Assembly: GCF_032062105.1 (NCBI RefSeq)
Contig: NW_026930674.1
Span: 310,001-374,000 of the forward strand
Reading direction: 5' to 3'
DNA from: Saccostrea cucullata
Lineage: Eukaryota
DNA length: 64,000 nt
The stretch's first letter is position 1. The number at the start of each line of letters is the position of its first letter. The translations under genes were made by a program, and so were the position numbers. This document shows, in pieces, positions 16,901 through 30,200 of this stretch. The notes under the pieces were generated by a model. The model worked only from the letters and a program-made list of their open reading frames with translations. It did no database searches and was not told where the DNA came from.

Positions 16901-18120
16901 AGCATAATTGTAAAAAAAATTTAATTTTCATTACATTTACACAATAACATCTACATGCCATATGTTTATGTCACATTCTACACACTATCCATTACTTTAC
17001 ATAAATAGCTTGAAATAGCTATATAGCTATGAGCTATATATGTAAGACTCTAAAGTCCGATGGTGACGCCAAAGTCTGATGGTCTCGCCAAACCCCGATG
17101 GTCTGCACCAAATCCCGATGGTTCGTTGTCTTTATGGACGCCAAAGTCCGATGGTCACGCCAAAGCCTGATGGCTTGTTTCCTATGAGACACGCGACGCT
17201 AAAGTGCGAAACAAGCCGAAGTCCGATGGTGCGGATGAACAATTAACGTTTATGACGTCAATAGTCCGATGCCATGACATTATTTTGCATTCAAAATCCA
17301 TTGATGCAGTATTTGTCTCACATACGTTTTTACTGCTATTGCTTTTTGTTTTCACCCACCAGAGGTATTAGGGTTAGTCCTCGTACATCGTTCGATTGAT
17401 AAGGGTTAGTCCTTGAACACTAATGTGTTTCTTCGAACCCACCCGAGAGATTTTAGGGTTAGTCCTCGCACACTATTGGATTGATTTAGATTAGTCTTGC
17501 ACCCACCTATGATAGTTAGGTTAGAGTTGATACTCATTTTTCAACTGATAAGTCTTAGTTAAGCACCTACATTCAAAAGACGAGGTATTTGTATTCATGA
17601 TATTTTGTATTTATTTATTAGCATGGCGAGGCATCGCATTTTTGCGCAGTAGTACTATGACGTCATAGACGTTAATTGTTTTCTGCGCCATCGGACTTTG
17701 GTGTGTCAAACCATCGGGGTTTGGCGCAGACCATCGGACTTTGGCATGACCATCGGACTTTGGAGTCCCATCGCACTTTGGAGTCCTACATATATATATA
17801 TATATTCTAGCTAGTCAAAATAGCATTTAATTGAAAAAGAAAAATGCTAAGTTAATAGGTTAATCATTCTTATCCATGTCTCACCAAATACAAGGTGTTG
17901 TACAGTTACTCAAACAATAGAATTACTTTTTAGCATAATTTTTCCCCAAAAGGCGATGATTAAACTTATTATTTTTAATTTGGATTGCTTTTCGAATCAA
18001 AAAACCTGTACTTTCGAATTTTCTCTAACTTACTCTGGCTGAATCTAGAACATCTATCCATTCGCCAGTCAATATAGATAGAAATCCAGGCTTAGCATCC
18101 TTAGCTGGTTGCCTTTCCAT
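10942..18120 (-). CDS. CDK10: Cyclin-dependent kinase 10
   Basis: Exons 18034-18120, 16821-16893 (GEGTYGIV), 16609-16680 (VALKK), 15930-16032 ([17 protein letters not shown]-type), 15670-15751 ([18 protein letters not shown]), 15307-15427 ([10 protein letters not shown]), 15042-15111 (DFGLAR...VVTLW), 14851-14910 (YRAPELL), 14254-14377, 14014-14063, 13440-13529, 13087-13139, 12208-12280 ([13 protein letters not shown]). Then either a stop at 12204-12206 (AAG TAA over the donor) or two more exons, 11694-11748 and 10942-10968. The kinase core is certain; the last two exons are less so. Confidence 0.95.
12337..12746 (-). mobile_element. HINE/CvA-pearl-like non-autonomous element
   Basis: Ends AACAAGAGATGTTTGTAAAACAC and GCCCTCCC-ttcttcgaa-GGGGGGCATAAAAA, GACA microsatellite remnant, and a degenerate internal repeat. 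Termini resemble the copies at 51.4 kb and 61.6 kb. Confidence 0.7.
13730..13936. mobile_element. Tc1/mariner-type MITE
   Basis: TA|CTGTAGACGTACTTTTTTCCGCG...CGCGGAAAAAAGTACTTCTACAG|TA: TIRs plus TA TSD, in a CDK10 intron. Confidence 0.85.
17041..17790. mobile_element. Non-autonomous DNA transposon with TGTA...TACA termini and multiple subterminal repeats
   Basis: TGTAAGACTCTAAAGTCCGATGG...CCATCGCACTTTGGAGTCCTACA. Many CCAAAGTCCGATGG-like copies are inverted between the two ends. Inserted in a (TA)n tract in CDK10 intron 1. Confidence 0.85.
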
Positions 18121-21100
18121 TATAAATAAATTTAAATAGGTTCAAATTGAGCTAATTTCGTATCAAATTATTAACATTTTCATAACCATTGCTTGTTTCC
18201 TAAAATTTGGGTTTACCGGTGCAAGACAAGTCGTACCAGATTTTGCAGTAAACGCCTAAATGATGATCGGACCGTCTTTTTCCGGAATGGCTGACTCGTA
18301 GAAACACGGATAATCAATTTGTTTACTTACTATCATACTAACAGAAATTCAAATCGTTGCACAGGGAACATGGTGTACAGATGATGTACCTCCCACTGAC
18401 TATGGTTCCCATATTTATATTTATTGTAATATTGTTTGGCAGTAAAAATATTTCTCTAGCTGGCACACTTTCCTGAACAATTTATGCTCAGTCCTGGCTA
18501 ATGAAGTATATATGATTAGCCAAAATTAAAGCCCTTTCTCACATCCTGTTCCCTGTCCATTTCCTTGTTTTAACAACAGACAGACAGACAGATGGATGGA
18601 CAGGGTAAAAATCATATATTTTAAAAATGCCTGTTGTAAGATTCTGTAATAATATAACGTGTAAAATTAAAGTTGTATTGATTTATAAATATAAATAGAG
18701 AAATATCACATCATTCTCATTGAATATTTTATGTCAATTAATGCAATAATTATTCACACCGCCCCCCACCATAACAAATACTATAATTAACATATCATGG
18801 GCGTCGGAAGCAAATTAAAAGTGGGGGGGGGGGCTAAACCAACAAAAAAGGTGAAGTCCAATTGTCAATATTATGTATGTATTTGCAAAAAAGTGGGGGC
18901 CTTCAAAAATCAAAATACAACAACAAAAGATACAGTGTTCAAAATTTATTTCAACTTGAAATCATTGGAGATCAAAGATCAGATCAAATACATGTATAAT
19001 GATATTGTTTAAATTTTCATACATTTATTTTTTACATTATTGCACATTAATGTATTTTGTCTTTCCTCAAGAATACACATAATGTCAAGAAAGATAAATA
19101 AAGTACAAAAATAGAATTCTAATTTTGCTGTTTTGCATAAAATTGCAATTCATTAAATCTGGCAGTCTAGGTATATGTAAACAAACATTAACTGAATTAA
19201 AATAAAAGCCGTAAAAGCAAGAGATTATGCATTCTGTATAATACATTCAGATCTTCAAATGCACACAAAGATTTATTCAATAAATATACATGTATTACAA
19301 AGGTACCTTACAACATATAGGCATTGTTATTCATGCCAATCTTTAACAAACAATGTTATAAAAGCTCTAAAAATTTTAAACTTATATTGCCATTAGTACT
19401 GAAGGAAATATGCAATAGTTCTACATTTTATTTTTTTGTTCCCTGTATAATTCATGAGCTTCAATAATTGGAAGACCTTTGTACTATTTTATAATGACTG
19501 ATACTGCTGTACAATTACATTTTTTTCTGAATCCAAGTTTGAGGACAAATTTACTGGTTAAAACCATCTTTATTTTTTTTCCTTCTTTAATACATGTAGT
19601 ACAGATTCCCTTCATTCGATATCTGTATGCTTATATTTTGTCTTAAAATCAGCTGATGGTATTGTGGTTTTAAATTAAAAATACCTCAGAAAACTATCAG
19701 TAAGAAAGGAGCATTGTGCATTGCATATGAACTCCAACAAAAAATATTTACAGGTAAAAAAGCCAATCTGAAATTGCTGCATTGCAATACATATTTGGAA
19801 AAAGAGCTGTACAAATCATATACTAAATAAAATAAAACACTTATTTCAATTTGGAAATCAATGACAAGTCCACAGATTGAAGAAAAGTTAAGGGTAAAAA
19901 AACTACAGTAGAATTCTACATTCAAATTATTAAAATAAATGTTGGATTATGCTACTAATTTGCTGCTGAAATGGTCTTCTTCTGTACAAATTTGTCTGAG
20001 TAAATTCAAATATAGAGGTTCGAACATATGAAAATGACCATAATGCCTAACAACTTATGACCATGCATGTACATTGTACTAATTAATTGGAAATGCTTAC
20101 ATTGACCTGTAAGTATAACAATCCCTATTTTAACACAAGCACACTCAAACATGCATCTTCTTGAGCTCCATAAAAACATACATATGTTCATATATAATTT
20201 TAAAATCAAAATATCCTTAACAACAGTTACATACATGTAGAATTGAGATGCACACTTCTGACAATCCATTCAAGACAGTGATATTGTATGATGATAGTAC
20301 AAGCTCTGATTAATATCAAATCCGAGTCATAAATTTGTAAGGTAATATTTCTTCTTCATGCTTCAAGTATTCAAATATCATTAGGTAAGTATCAAATAAT
20401 AGTATAAATAATTAACATGATCAACTTTGCAAAACAAGTAAATATATTGCTAAAACAAGTTAGTTACATAAACATTGACTCTCAGAAAGTATAGTCAGAA
20501 AGGCAAAATGTATATCAACATTTAACAATAAACGGTCATCATGGTATTTGTGAAAATACATAGTGCTTGATAAAATGTTCACTGAGGTAATAGGGATAGA
20601 CTCAGTTCCTAAATATATTGTCTTGTTCATGGATATCAAAGAGTTCCAGATTTCGGTCATGTAATCCCCCTAAACTTCACTTGCATAACAATATAAACAT
20701 GCAAACCAGTTCTATAGGGATGAAGGTTTACATAAAAAAAAAAAAATTCTCAGATCCATGCAGAATATTTTAAACAATATGTATAAAAGACAAAAAGTTT
20801 AAAAGAACACAAAAGGCAGCCTACATTTTGGTATGATTAATCAATAAAAAAATTTATTAGTCATACGCCATAGAATGTGGACATCTGAGAATAAATACAA
20901 TAAATAGGGTATGTGGACTTGGAATGATGTTACTGTGATTCAAAAAAGTTACCAGTACTTCTATACAGTGATATATTAGGAAGTAGATTCTACTTCACAA
21001 GATTTATATACAGGGCTATATAAACATTATCAAGCCTGTGGAACTGTAGTTAAAATGAACTGAATACCGGCAAAAAATAACAGACGTGTAAAATTAAAAG

Positions 21101-21209
21101 CAGAACAATAGAGACAGATATAATAGGGTGTTCCCCCCACCGCTGAAATCACTCTCACACAGGCTCAGATGAATTTCAGTCCTCTCTCTCCTCCTGACTC
21201 GGTTTGATC

Positions 21210-24200
21210 TCAGTCCTCTTTCATGTCTGTTCGGACCGTCATTAACACCTTTTGGGATAACACCGTGAATGAATCTGTAAAATCAATAGATGACCATTAA
21301 CTATAATTCATATGTACCAAAGAAAAATTTTCCCTACATAAAGAAATCATGACATCTCACTACAAAACAATCGAAAACATATTTTCAACAAAACTGGATA
21401 TATGGGCACATCCATGAATGAATCACTTTACTAATCTGCTTAAAAATTAAGTTGAACAGTTTTATAAAGGTGTATAAAGATTTCCAACCAGCCAAGCAAG
21501 CGAACTCTTACCAATAAATCTAGTGAAAGCCCTGGGTTTGTTTTTCCACGTGATGCCTAGTAGATACACAGGGACACCAGTCAGTACCATGATAATGCCC
21601 CATAACACCTCATTAGCATCGATCGTTAGAGGCATGAAGAGAAGGAAAAGGCAGATGAAGATGAAAAAGACCGGCAGCAGAATATTCACCTGTAACATAA
21701 CCGGTAAAAAAAAATGTTTAGCCTTTGATTACAGTTGCAATGATAAAGCGGACATGAAATTTAATATCACTTTCCACTCATCCTACTCTATCAATCTCTC
21801 TATCTCTTTTTTTTTCAACTTATAAGCCTTTATGAAGTAAATTTCAGAAGTTAGACTTAATATCTGCATTAAGTTAAAGCTAAATATCAGAATAATCACA
21901 CCTACCTTGATGGGTCGATCTCTGTCGGGGAATTTGTATCTCATGTAGATAAGGCCAGCAATACTGATTGTAATGAACAATGTCTCCACAAAGGCAGCAT
22001 AGTTAATCAGGACCTGGACATCACGGCTACATAACATCACCAGGGACATAAGGCACTGAAGTCAGAAAAAGATAAAAACTACATAACATCACCAGGCACA
22101 TAAGGCACTGAAGTCAGAACAAAATAACAACTACATAACATCACCAGGGACATAAGGCACTAAAGAGAGGAAAAACAACATATAACAACTACATAACATC
22201 ACCAGGGACATAAGGCACTAAAGTCAGAAAAAGACACATATTACAGAATCACGTAGACTACTGCCACAAAGAAATGAATCATTTAAACCTATGAAACTGA
22301 AAAGTGGGATCTTTTCACATTTCCATAATATTTAGATAAACATATATATGTACTAAAAAAAAAAAATTCTCTGCTCTTTGCTTTGGAGCAATTCAGTTTT
22401 GTAACGTTCAATAACAAATGATACTTTGATCATTACAAAGGTGGCCAAGAAGAGACAGTCAAATATACTGCAAATAAACAATACCATTCCTAGTTATTGA
22501 TCACTATGATTACAATGTTACATTACAATGTTAATATTTAAGTTTTCATCACAGATAAGTTTAAAATTAAAAGTCAACAGAAAATATTATACAAGGTACA
22601 TTATTGACAAGCTAAGATCAAATTCCAAATACACTGAGTTCAGTATCTTCAATTTACTGTTTTATTCATTTACTGCCTTTTCCCTGTGGTATGTCAAATA
22701 CATCTGTCTAACCATCCTTCTTCTTTTTCGTTTTATTTTGTCAGAAATCATAGCTTCTGAACTTAATACATCAAATCCAAATTAAAATATAAGAGGCTAT
22801 GATACTTTATATGGGTGGTAAGGAGAGGTGAAAATGTGACTGACAAAAGGAACAGCCAGGTGAAGTTAAGGCTAAACTATTAATCCAAGGGTTACTAGGT
22901 TTGAATCCCCCTGGCATTTTGAATGCAATGATCTGTTGAGGGATACATGTGTGAATTTACATACAGAATGGCATGATATTAATCTGCAATTTAATCTGGT
23001 TTTAATTCACTAAATACCATTCTGACAGATATGAATAATCTTTTTTCACCTTTAGGAAAAAATAATAGTTTTTCCCTAAGAATGTAAAAAATCCTTAAAT
23101 TCATAAATGGATAAAGTAGTTTGGAAGCTTTGACCAAGTAATGAATATAGGGAATGTATTTATCTGTAACCGATTCAAGGCAAAAGGAAGGTTATCAGAC
23201 TTACCCCAAACAAGAGGAATGGAAGTGGTGTGAACAAGTTGATATTGAGAATGGAGGGTTATCAAACTTACCCCAAACAAGAGGAATGGAAGTGGTGTGA
23301 ACAAGTTGATATTGAGAATGGAGGGTTATCAAACTTACCCCAAACAAGAGGGATGGAAGTGGTGTGAACAAGTTGATATTGAGAGTGGAGGGTTATCAAA
23401 CTTACCCCAAACAAGAGGAATGGAAGTGGTGTGAACAAGTTGATATTGAGAGTGGAGGGTTATCAAACTTACCCCAAACAAGAGGGATGGAAGTGGTGTG
23501 AACAAGATATTGAGAGTGATATTGAGAGTGGATGGAAGTGGTGTGAACAAGTTGATATTGAGAGTGGAGGGTTATCAAACTTCCCAAACAAGAGGGATGG
23601 AAGTGGTGTGAACAAGTTGATATTGAGAGTGGAGGGTTATCAAACTTACCCCAAACAAGAGGGATGGAAGTGGTGTGAACAAGTTGATATTGAGAGTGGA
23701 GGGTTATCAAACTTACCCCAAACAAGAGGGATGGAAGTGGTGTGAACAAGTTGATATTGAGAGTGGCTAGGAATTCTGGCAGGTGCCCCTGTCTGGCTCC
23801 CACAAAGTACAACCTACAATAAAAGATCACACATAAGTCTTCCGAACTTCTAATTTAAAAAAGAAATACATGGAGAATGTTTGCACTTATTGATTTTATG
23901 GGTCAAAGAGAAATATCTTTCACATCTATTAAATTATTTTTATTTTTTAATTCAAATTGTAAACATTTTTTACAATGCCCCTAACCAATTACACTTTAAA
24001 CTCAAGATCAATGTTTAATAATGTGATTAATACAAGTTATTTAATTTTTTCATAAATAATTTTGTAGTATACATGTACTATATAAGGACAGTTATCATAT
24101 CAAAATATAACTACAAATACTTCGTATATATGTACTTTACATGTGTTTACTTATTTAATATATTCATTTTTTTTTATCCTCTGACCTTTCCATGCCATTT

Positions 24201-27200
24201 AAAATTCTTAAAGACTTTATGAAAACAAACATCATGAAATTTCTTTATGAAAATAAAAGGAGAATTTAAGGATTCCTTTCATTCGCTCAACAGATTTTTA
24301 AGAAGCAGTAAATTCTAAAGAGGTAGTAAAGTCTATGCCTATAAAATATAAGGTTGTTTTAATAGTTTTACGAGGGGATATAGAATGCTGTGACTGACCA
24401 ACAACTTCCACGGAGCTTAATGTAGAGATCTAACCACATAATGTAAACATAATGCTGCCTTGAACTGATACAAGGCCCAGTTCTTGTAGGTCTGTCTAAA
24501 AAGTAGTCAGAACAATGACCTTATTTTGACATATTTTAATTTTAGAAAATATATAAAACATCAACACGAACGAAGATCATCTTTTTTAGAAACCTAGTAT
24601 CTATTTCAATAAAAATTAAAAAGAATGAAAAAGAAGGACCTTCAGAACGACCATCCCATCCGCTTTTCTGAACATTTAATTAGAAACTGGAGATCCGCTT
24701 CTAAATTATCTTGTATGAAATTTAAACAGATATCTGTAAATTTTTTAAAGATGTTTCCAGTAAAAATATAACCATTTTTTGTAATGTTAACCAATTTCTA
24801 TTACATAATGTACCACATTTATATATGGATGGTATTTTAATTAAGATTCTCATATCGTGTCTTGAATTTAATTCACACAATTAAATGTAAAATTTACTGA
24901 CACCTATTTTATTATGACATGGAGAACAGGTTCTGAAAATAAATGCGGTCAACCAAACCCTAAAGATGCATTGACTTTGCAGGTTGACATGACAGAAAAC
25001 ATCTTGGTTACCTTGACGAAGTAAATATGGCCCCATTTACACTGCCGAAGGTAGAACAAGCCACAAATACTGGCATAATCCACGCCATCACACCAAGGGT
25101 CCTACCAGCAAAAGTCTGAAAAATGAATAAATAGATCTAGAATAAAGCTACAGTGACCTATCGTCTATTGAACTTCACTTTGAGATAAGAATAGGTCTCT
25201 TGAACAAAATAAACATGCAGACACTCACATAAAATACATGACATTATTTTTAAAATACCACCTGTTGCACTATCTGACTACAACATCCAATTAGCAATTA
25301 TATATAATCCCTTTGATTTTCATCATCCAATTTTTGATGTCAAGGCCGACTACTGTTTTTGTCAGATGCTAAAAAGTGGAGGTCAAGATAGCCTCAGCTA
25401 TAAGGTTCTCTTATAAGAAGAGGAATTTGGAGAAAGGTACCTTTAACAAAAGAACTTGTAAAGACCCAAAACTTTAGCTGCCTGTAAAATTTTGCAAAAT
25501 CAATCATTCTGTTTAAAACTACTAGCATAAAAATATATCTTTAGACATTACATTAAAACCATTTTCAATGTATTGTAATTAAGAAATTATAGGCAGAATT
25601 CAATTGAGGTCTTAGTTGCAAGTTCTTTTTTAAAATGAGCCCCAGAACCTCTTTCAGATTCTTGACCATTAATCCTGACCAGCACATTCACAATTTCTCT
25701 GACCATGGTGGGTGCTAATTCATTTTTTGAACCTGTGAACTTTCTTTAATTTCAGAAATTGTTACTTAATGTATGAGGGAGTATCGGTACATGCTTTGGT
25801 TACATTAGAACATCACTTTGTACAGCTGTGTCCCTGCACCACAGGTTCAGTGCCTTATCAGGCAGGTTAATCAAAGAAATGGGGATTTATTCTCAACACT
25901 TGTCATAAGGCTATTTCACAGTTTACCACCAGATGTGCAGTTGTGACAGAAAAAACAACAGATAATACAAATATCAGGACTCATTTTCCTTCAACCAGTA
26001 GCCAGACAGTTGTCATTCATAACTGTCTTGTGGGGTTCCAAAATAAATGGCACGTTGCATCAATTAAACATGACAAGTACAGAAATTAATACAGCAAATG
26101 GGAATTATTGTAATCATATACAAACATCCCAGTTATCATGTGTTATGCTAAAGAGAAATCATAGTTTGAAAACAAATGATGTGATCATAAAAATTCCTCA
26201 TATCAGGGTTCAGGATTGTCTGTATCTACATGTATTTCATTTTCTGATCAGACATCAAGTCAGCAAGACAAATTGTTTTTTTTTACCATATGATTATGTA
26301 ATATCATAAATATGAAAATAAATACTGAACAGAATTTCATAAGACACTGTCATTTTGTTGGGGTTACATGTATTGACAGATCAATGTGTCTTACTTAAAC
26401 ATCAAATACAAAATGATACAATCTTAAACGCTCAATCAAATAAAGCAATCAGCATATGAAATACAAGGTAGCCCAGTGCTTGAATTTTTTTTTTTAACAA
26501 AACAGATCAATGAGAATTTTATCTGATTTGGGGAAGGGAGGGGGATTATAATACTGAATTCACAAGGTCATTGACATTGAAATGAGAGGTAAATACCGGT
26601 AGGTAAATCTGTAAACATTTCTGATGTATCAAGCTGTCAGAAAGATAACACTACAAAGCCACGATGGAGGCATGCATCTTTGCTGCCCCAAATAAATGGG
26701 ACACAAGTACCTGCAGGAAGTTGAGAAACATCAAATTCTTTACACGCTAGGCACCCTATTCCAGATGGGTAACATACTGCCAGATTTACCTTTGGCATTA
26801 GTGTCTTGTAAACTGACCAGAATTAGTCAGCCTCTTAGTAAGAGACCAATATCATTATGTAAGCTGCTATCCAACCCCAATATGTTGACAACAGATTTTC
26901 AAGTGCAATACAAGTGTCAATAAAATTTACTAACATCAATAAAAATAGGATGTACTGTACCACGTCCCTATACAAGTGATGAGGAACTCTTTTCCATATT
27001 GTTAATGATTGTGAATGAAGCATTGTTACTGTTACAATTCCATGGAAGTCCTACCTTATCTTTGCTGGCCTTAGGTTTTCAGACCATTGCTTCCCATAAA
27101 GGGTTTATGGGGTGCAGAGTGGATTAAAAACCCTTGGCTAGCAAAGATAGCTTAACTGCTGAAAAAATACATTTTTATATGCCATTTTTTGGCTCCGCCT

Positions 27201-30200
27201 ATCAGTAACATTGTATTTTGCAATGTTCCGCAGCTTCACAATGGCTTGCAAACTGGTTAAAAATTCCTTGCAGAATTTTAAGTAACAGAAAAAATTTTGA
27301 AAAGCTTGTTTCTAGGTTGCCTGTCCTACAATAATAGTAAGATTTCAACATGATCTGTTGAAATGCCACTAAAAATTCACAATTCTGTAGTCCCTCAATA
27401 ATTGTTTTATCTAAATATTTCTTTGTACTCACCACTGCAGTGGCTTTAGAAGCAATCATTTCAGCAGGAGTTAGGACGGCAAAGTAAGCTACATTGGCCA
27501 GCACGTAAATAACAGTCACTAATGGAATTGATATACCAATGGCTCGAGGTAGATTTCTGAAGAAAAAAAGTAAAATTGTGTTTCTGCAATTTGGCGTCTT
27601 TGAGTCATTTCATGATAAAAATACTAACATAAATAAGAAATCTGAAACATTAAAATATGACAGCAATTTTCAATAAAAGTGCTAAAATAGTGCCAAATTA
27701 TTCATCTGCTAAGTTATTCAGCACACAGAAAAAAAAATATCAAGATTCTTACTTGTAGGGATTTTTCAATTCTTCTGTTACAAAGTTCAAATAATTCCTG
27801 TTAAAAAATGACAGGAAAAAATTCAACTCTGGCAAACCGTGTCACATTTGTAAAACAATCTATGTCACCTTTTGAAAACAGAAAGTACGTTTAAAAATAC
27901 ATGTAATCTTAACGTTGATGTGTAAGAAATCTTAAAATCTAAAAATGAAACTGAAAGACTGTGGATATTACCATCCTGCGTAGGAGAAGAGTCCAGAGTA
28001 AAATGACAGGGCAATCCTTCCTAATTCTGTTTCTGTACTTTCAAATGGTTCCTCAAAACTCTCTCTGTCACCTACATAGCAATGGAAGAACATTTACAAC
28101 CAGTTCTGTCTACAGTAGAAATCAGCTGTTTTTAAATAAAGGCTATATACTGCACAACTTAAAATACCTAAGAAAAAGTCCACTGACAGTCAATTTTTCA
28201 AATTTAACTAATGAGTAAAGTGTAATGTTTTACATGTATAAACTAGTCACTGATAGTACTATGCTTTTGATTAAAGTGAAAATGTGGATAGCACTGCACA
28301 CATAATAATGAAGCAGCTATGAAAGATCTTCTTGTTATACATGGAGCAATTTTCATGTTACCAACACGTTTGAAATACTTCATTAACTTGAAACCTTTTA
28401 TTAAGTTGAAAAATCACATGAGCATATGAAAGTTCCTTTTATCTTATAAAAAAAACAATAAAAGATCAGTTACCAAGTGTAACACTCGTACTATCATTAA
28501 AAAATATTAATAGAAAGAATTCAGTCTAGAATTTCATCCCTGTATAGTTAACCTCATTATTAATAAACAGTCAAAAACTTGAATTTTCCTGTATTTTCTA
28601 GATTTTATCTATAACCAGACAACCAGTAAAATTTGCACATATTAGGTACCAGGTGTACTTTTAACTGCTGAAACCATGATTGTACCGGCTGAGATACACT
28701 GTATAATACAATAACTGGAGAAAAAATTGATAATACAGTGAAACCTGTCTTATCCGACATGCACTGGGAGACGAATTTTGTGTAGGAATAGACAAAGTGT
28801 CGGATTAGGCCATACCAATTTCTAATATAGTTCGTCGGATTCGCCGCTTCTATTTATTACAAATGCAAATTATAATATTTAAAAAAAAATGTCCGCGCGC
28901 GCTTCCAAAAAAATCCGACTACAATTTTTTTTTCTCGACTTTTTGCACCAAACATACAAGAACTTTGAAACTTGTGACAGATGCGCGGGATTTATAGTGA
29001 GATTGAAGCAGTTTGTGAAGTTTTGCACCATGTCTGTTCAACTGTTCATATGTACCAGGGGTGTGCAATTAGCATCCCCTGACGCCCTGGGGCTAACATT
29101 TTAGGGGGTCGGGATAGTGGTTTTCTACGAGGAGGTAGCCCGTCGGGCTAGTAAAAAATATAACTACACACGCAATACATGAAAAGCACAACCGGTATTT
29201 TAACTCGATTTTGGCTATAAAATTCCCAACCAGTTTATATTTTCTAGACAACATACTCCTACTGTCAATATATCTCCATAATCTTATCCATTTTGCAGAA
29301 CTACCTGACTTATTTATTTCCAAAAACGATCGTTTTTTCCCTAATTAGCATTCCTCCGTTTATGGTAAATACATGCAGCTATATCTTTAAATTATTTATG
29401 ATCACTCAATCAACTGAAAGATAAGTGTTTTGTGACTCACATAAAATATATTTCTTTTGTTTTGAGTGATTTAAGATGAAAACAAAATGAATAAATTTAA
29501 TTTCATTCTACATGTTCTAAATGAGCTAGGCCTAGTGCAATGATCAGAGAAAGGGAAGATAATTAATTGAAGTTCATTTTAATTTTATTTCAGAGAATAA
29601 TTTAAACATGACTGAATTTAATAAAATTTAAACTTTGACTTTAAAAAGAATGACCTCAGTACCCTGACTTTTATCAGCAATTAATTTCTTTTTCAACATT
29701 ATTTTATAGTTTTGTTTTAATTTTTGCCCCTGTATTTGGGCTAGTAACTAATTGCAGCTGCCACTAGCCTGTGGGCTAGTGCTTGATTTTTTTAATTGCA
29801 CAACACTGTGTACTATAGTTAAAAACAATGGGTACAAAGTTGTTTCATACACAGCAATAGAAATGGAAGCAGAGGAGATGTTTGAAAACATTACATTTAT
29901 GAAAGTAAAGTCTTTGAAATTTGACACATTTTTACTTATTAAAAAAAATCCCCAAAAAGTTAAGAATAAGTTCATGTGGTATGCAAATGATATTTCTTTA
30001 TTTTTTAGGTTCATGCTCTTTGAAATCACACTTTATTAAAAAATATATATATATATGTATTAATATATTTTCATAATTTTGAAACCCAAAATAAAAAATA
30101 ATATTTATAAAAAAATTTCGCTCGCTCGCCTCACTTTTTATTTTTGAAAATCCGAAGAACTATTTTACAAATTGGTATGGCCTTACACAGTGTTAAAAAC

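Noticed and set aside
18260-18295. C box (ATGATGA) and D box (CTGA) pair near the CDK10 promoter
   Set aside because: Too short for a C/D snoRNA, no terminal stem, and not intronic.
22850-22916. B-box-like GGTTTGAATCCC
   Set aside because: No cloverleaf and a poor A box; at most a decayed SINE fragment.
23101-23745. Repetitive ORFs on both strands, and a CRISPR-like look of the array
   Set aside because: Units are contiguous with no unique spacers and there are no cas genes. The ORFs are by-products of the 67-bp exon-edge minisatellite.
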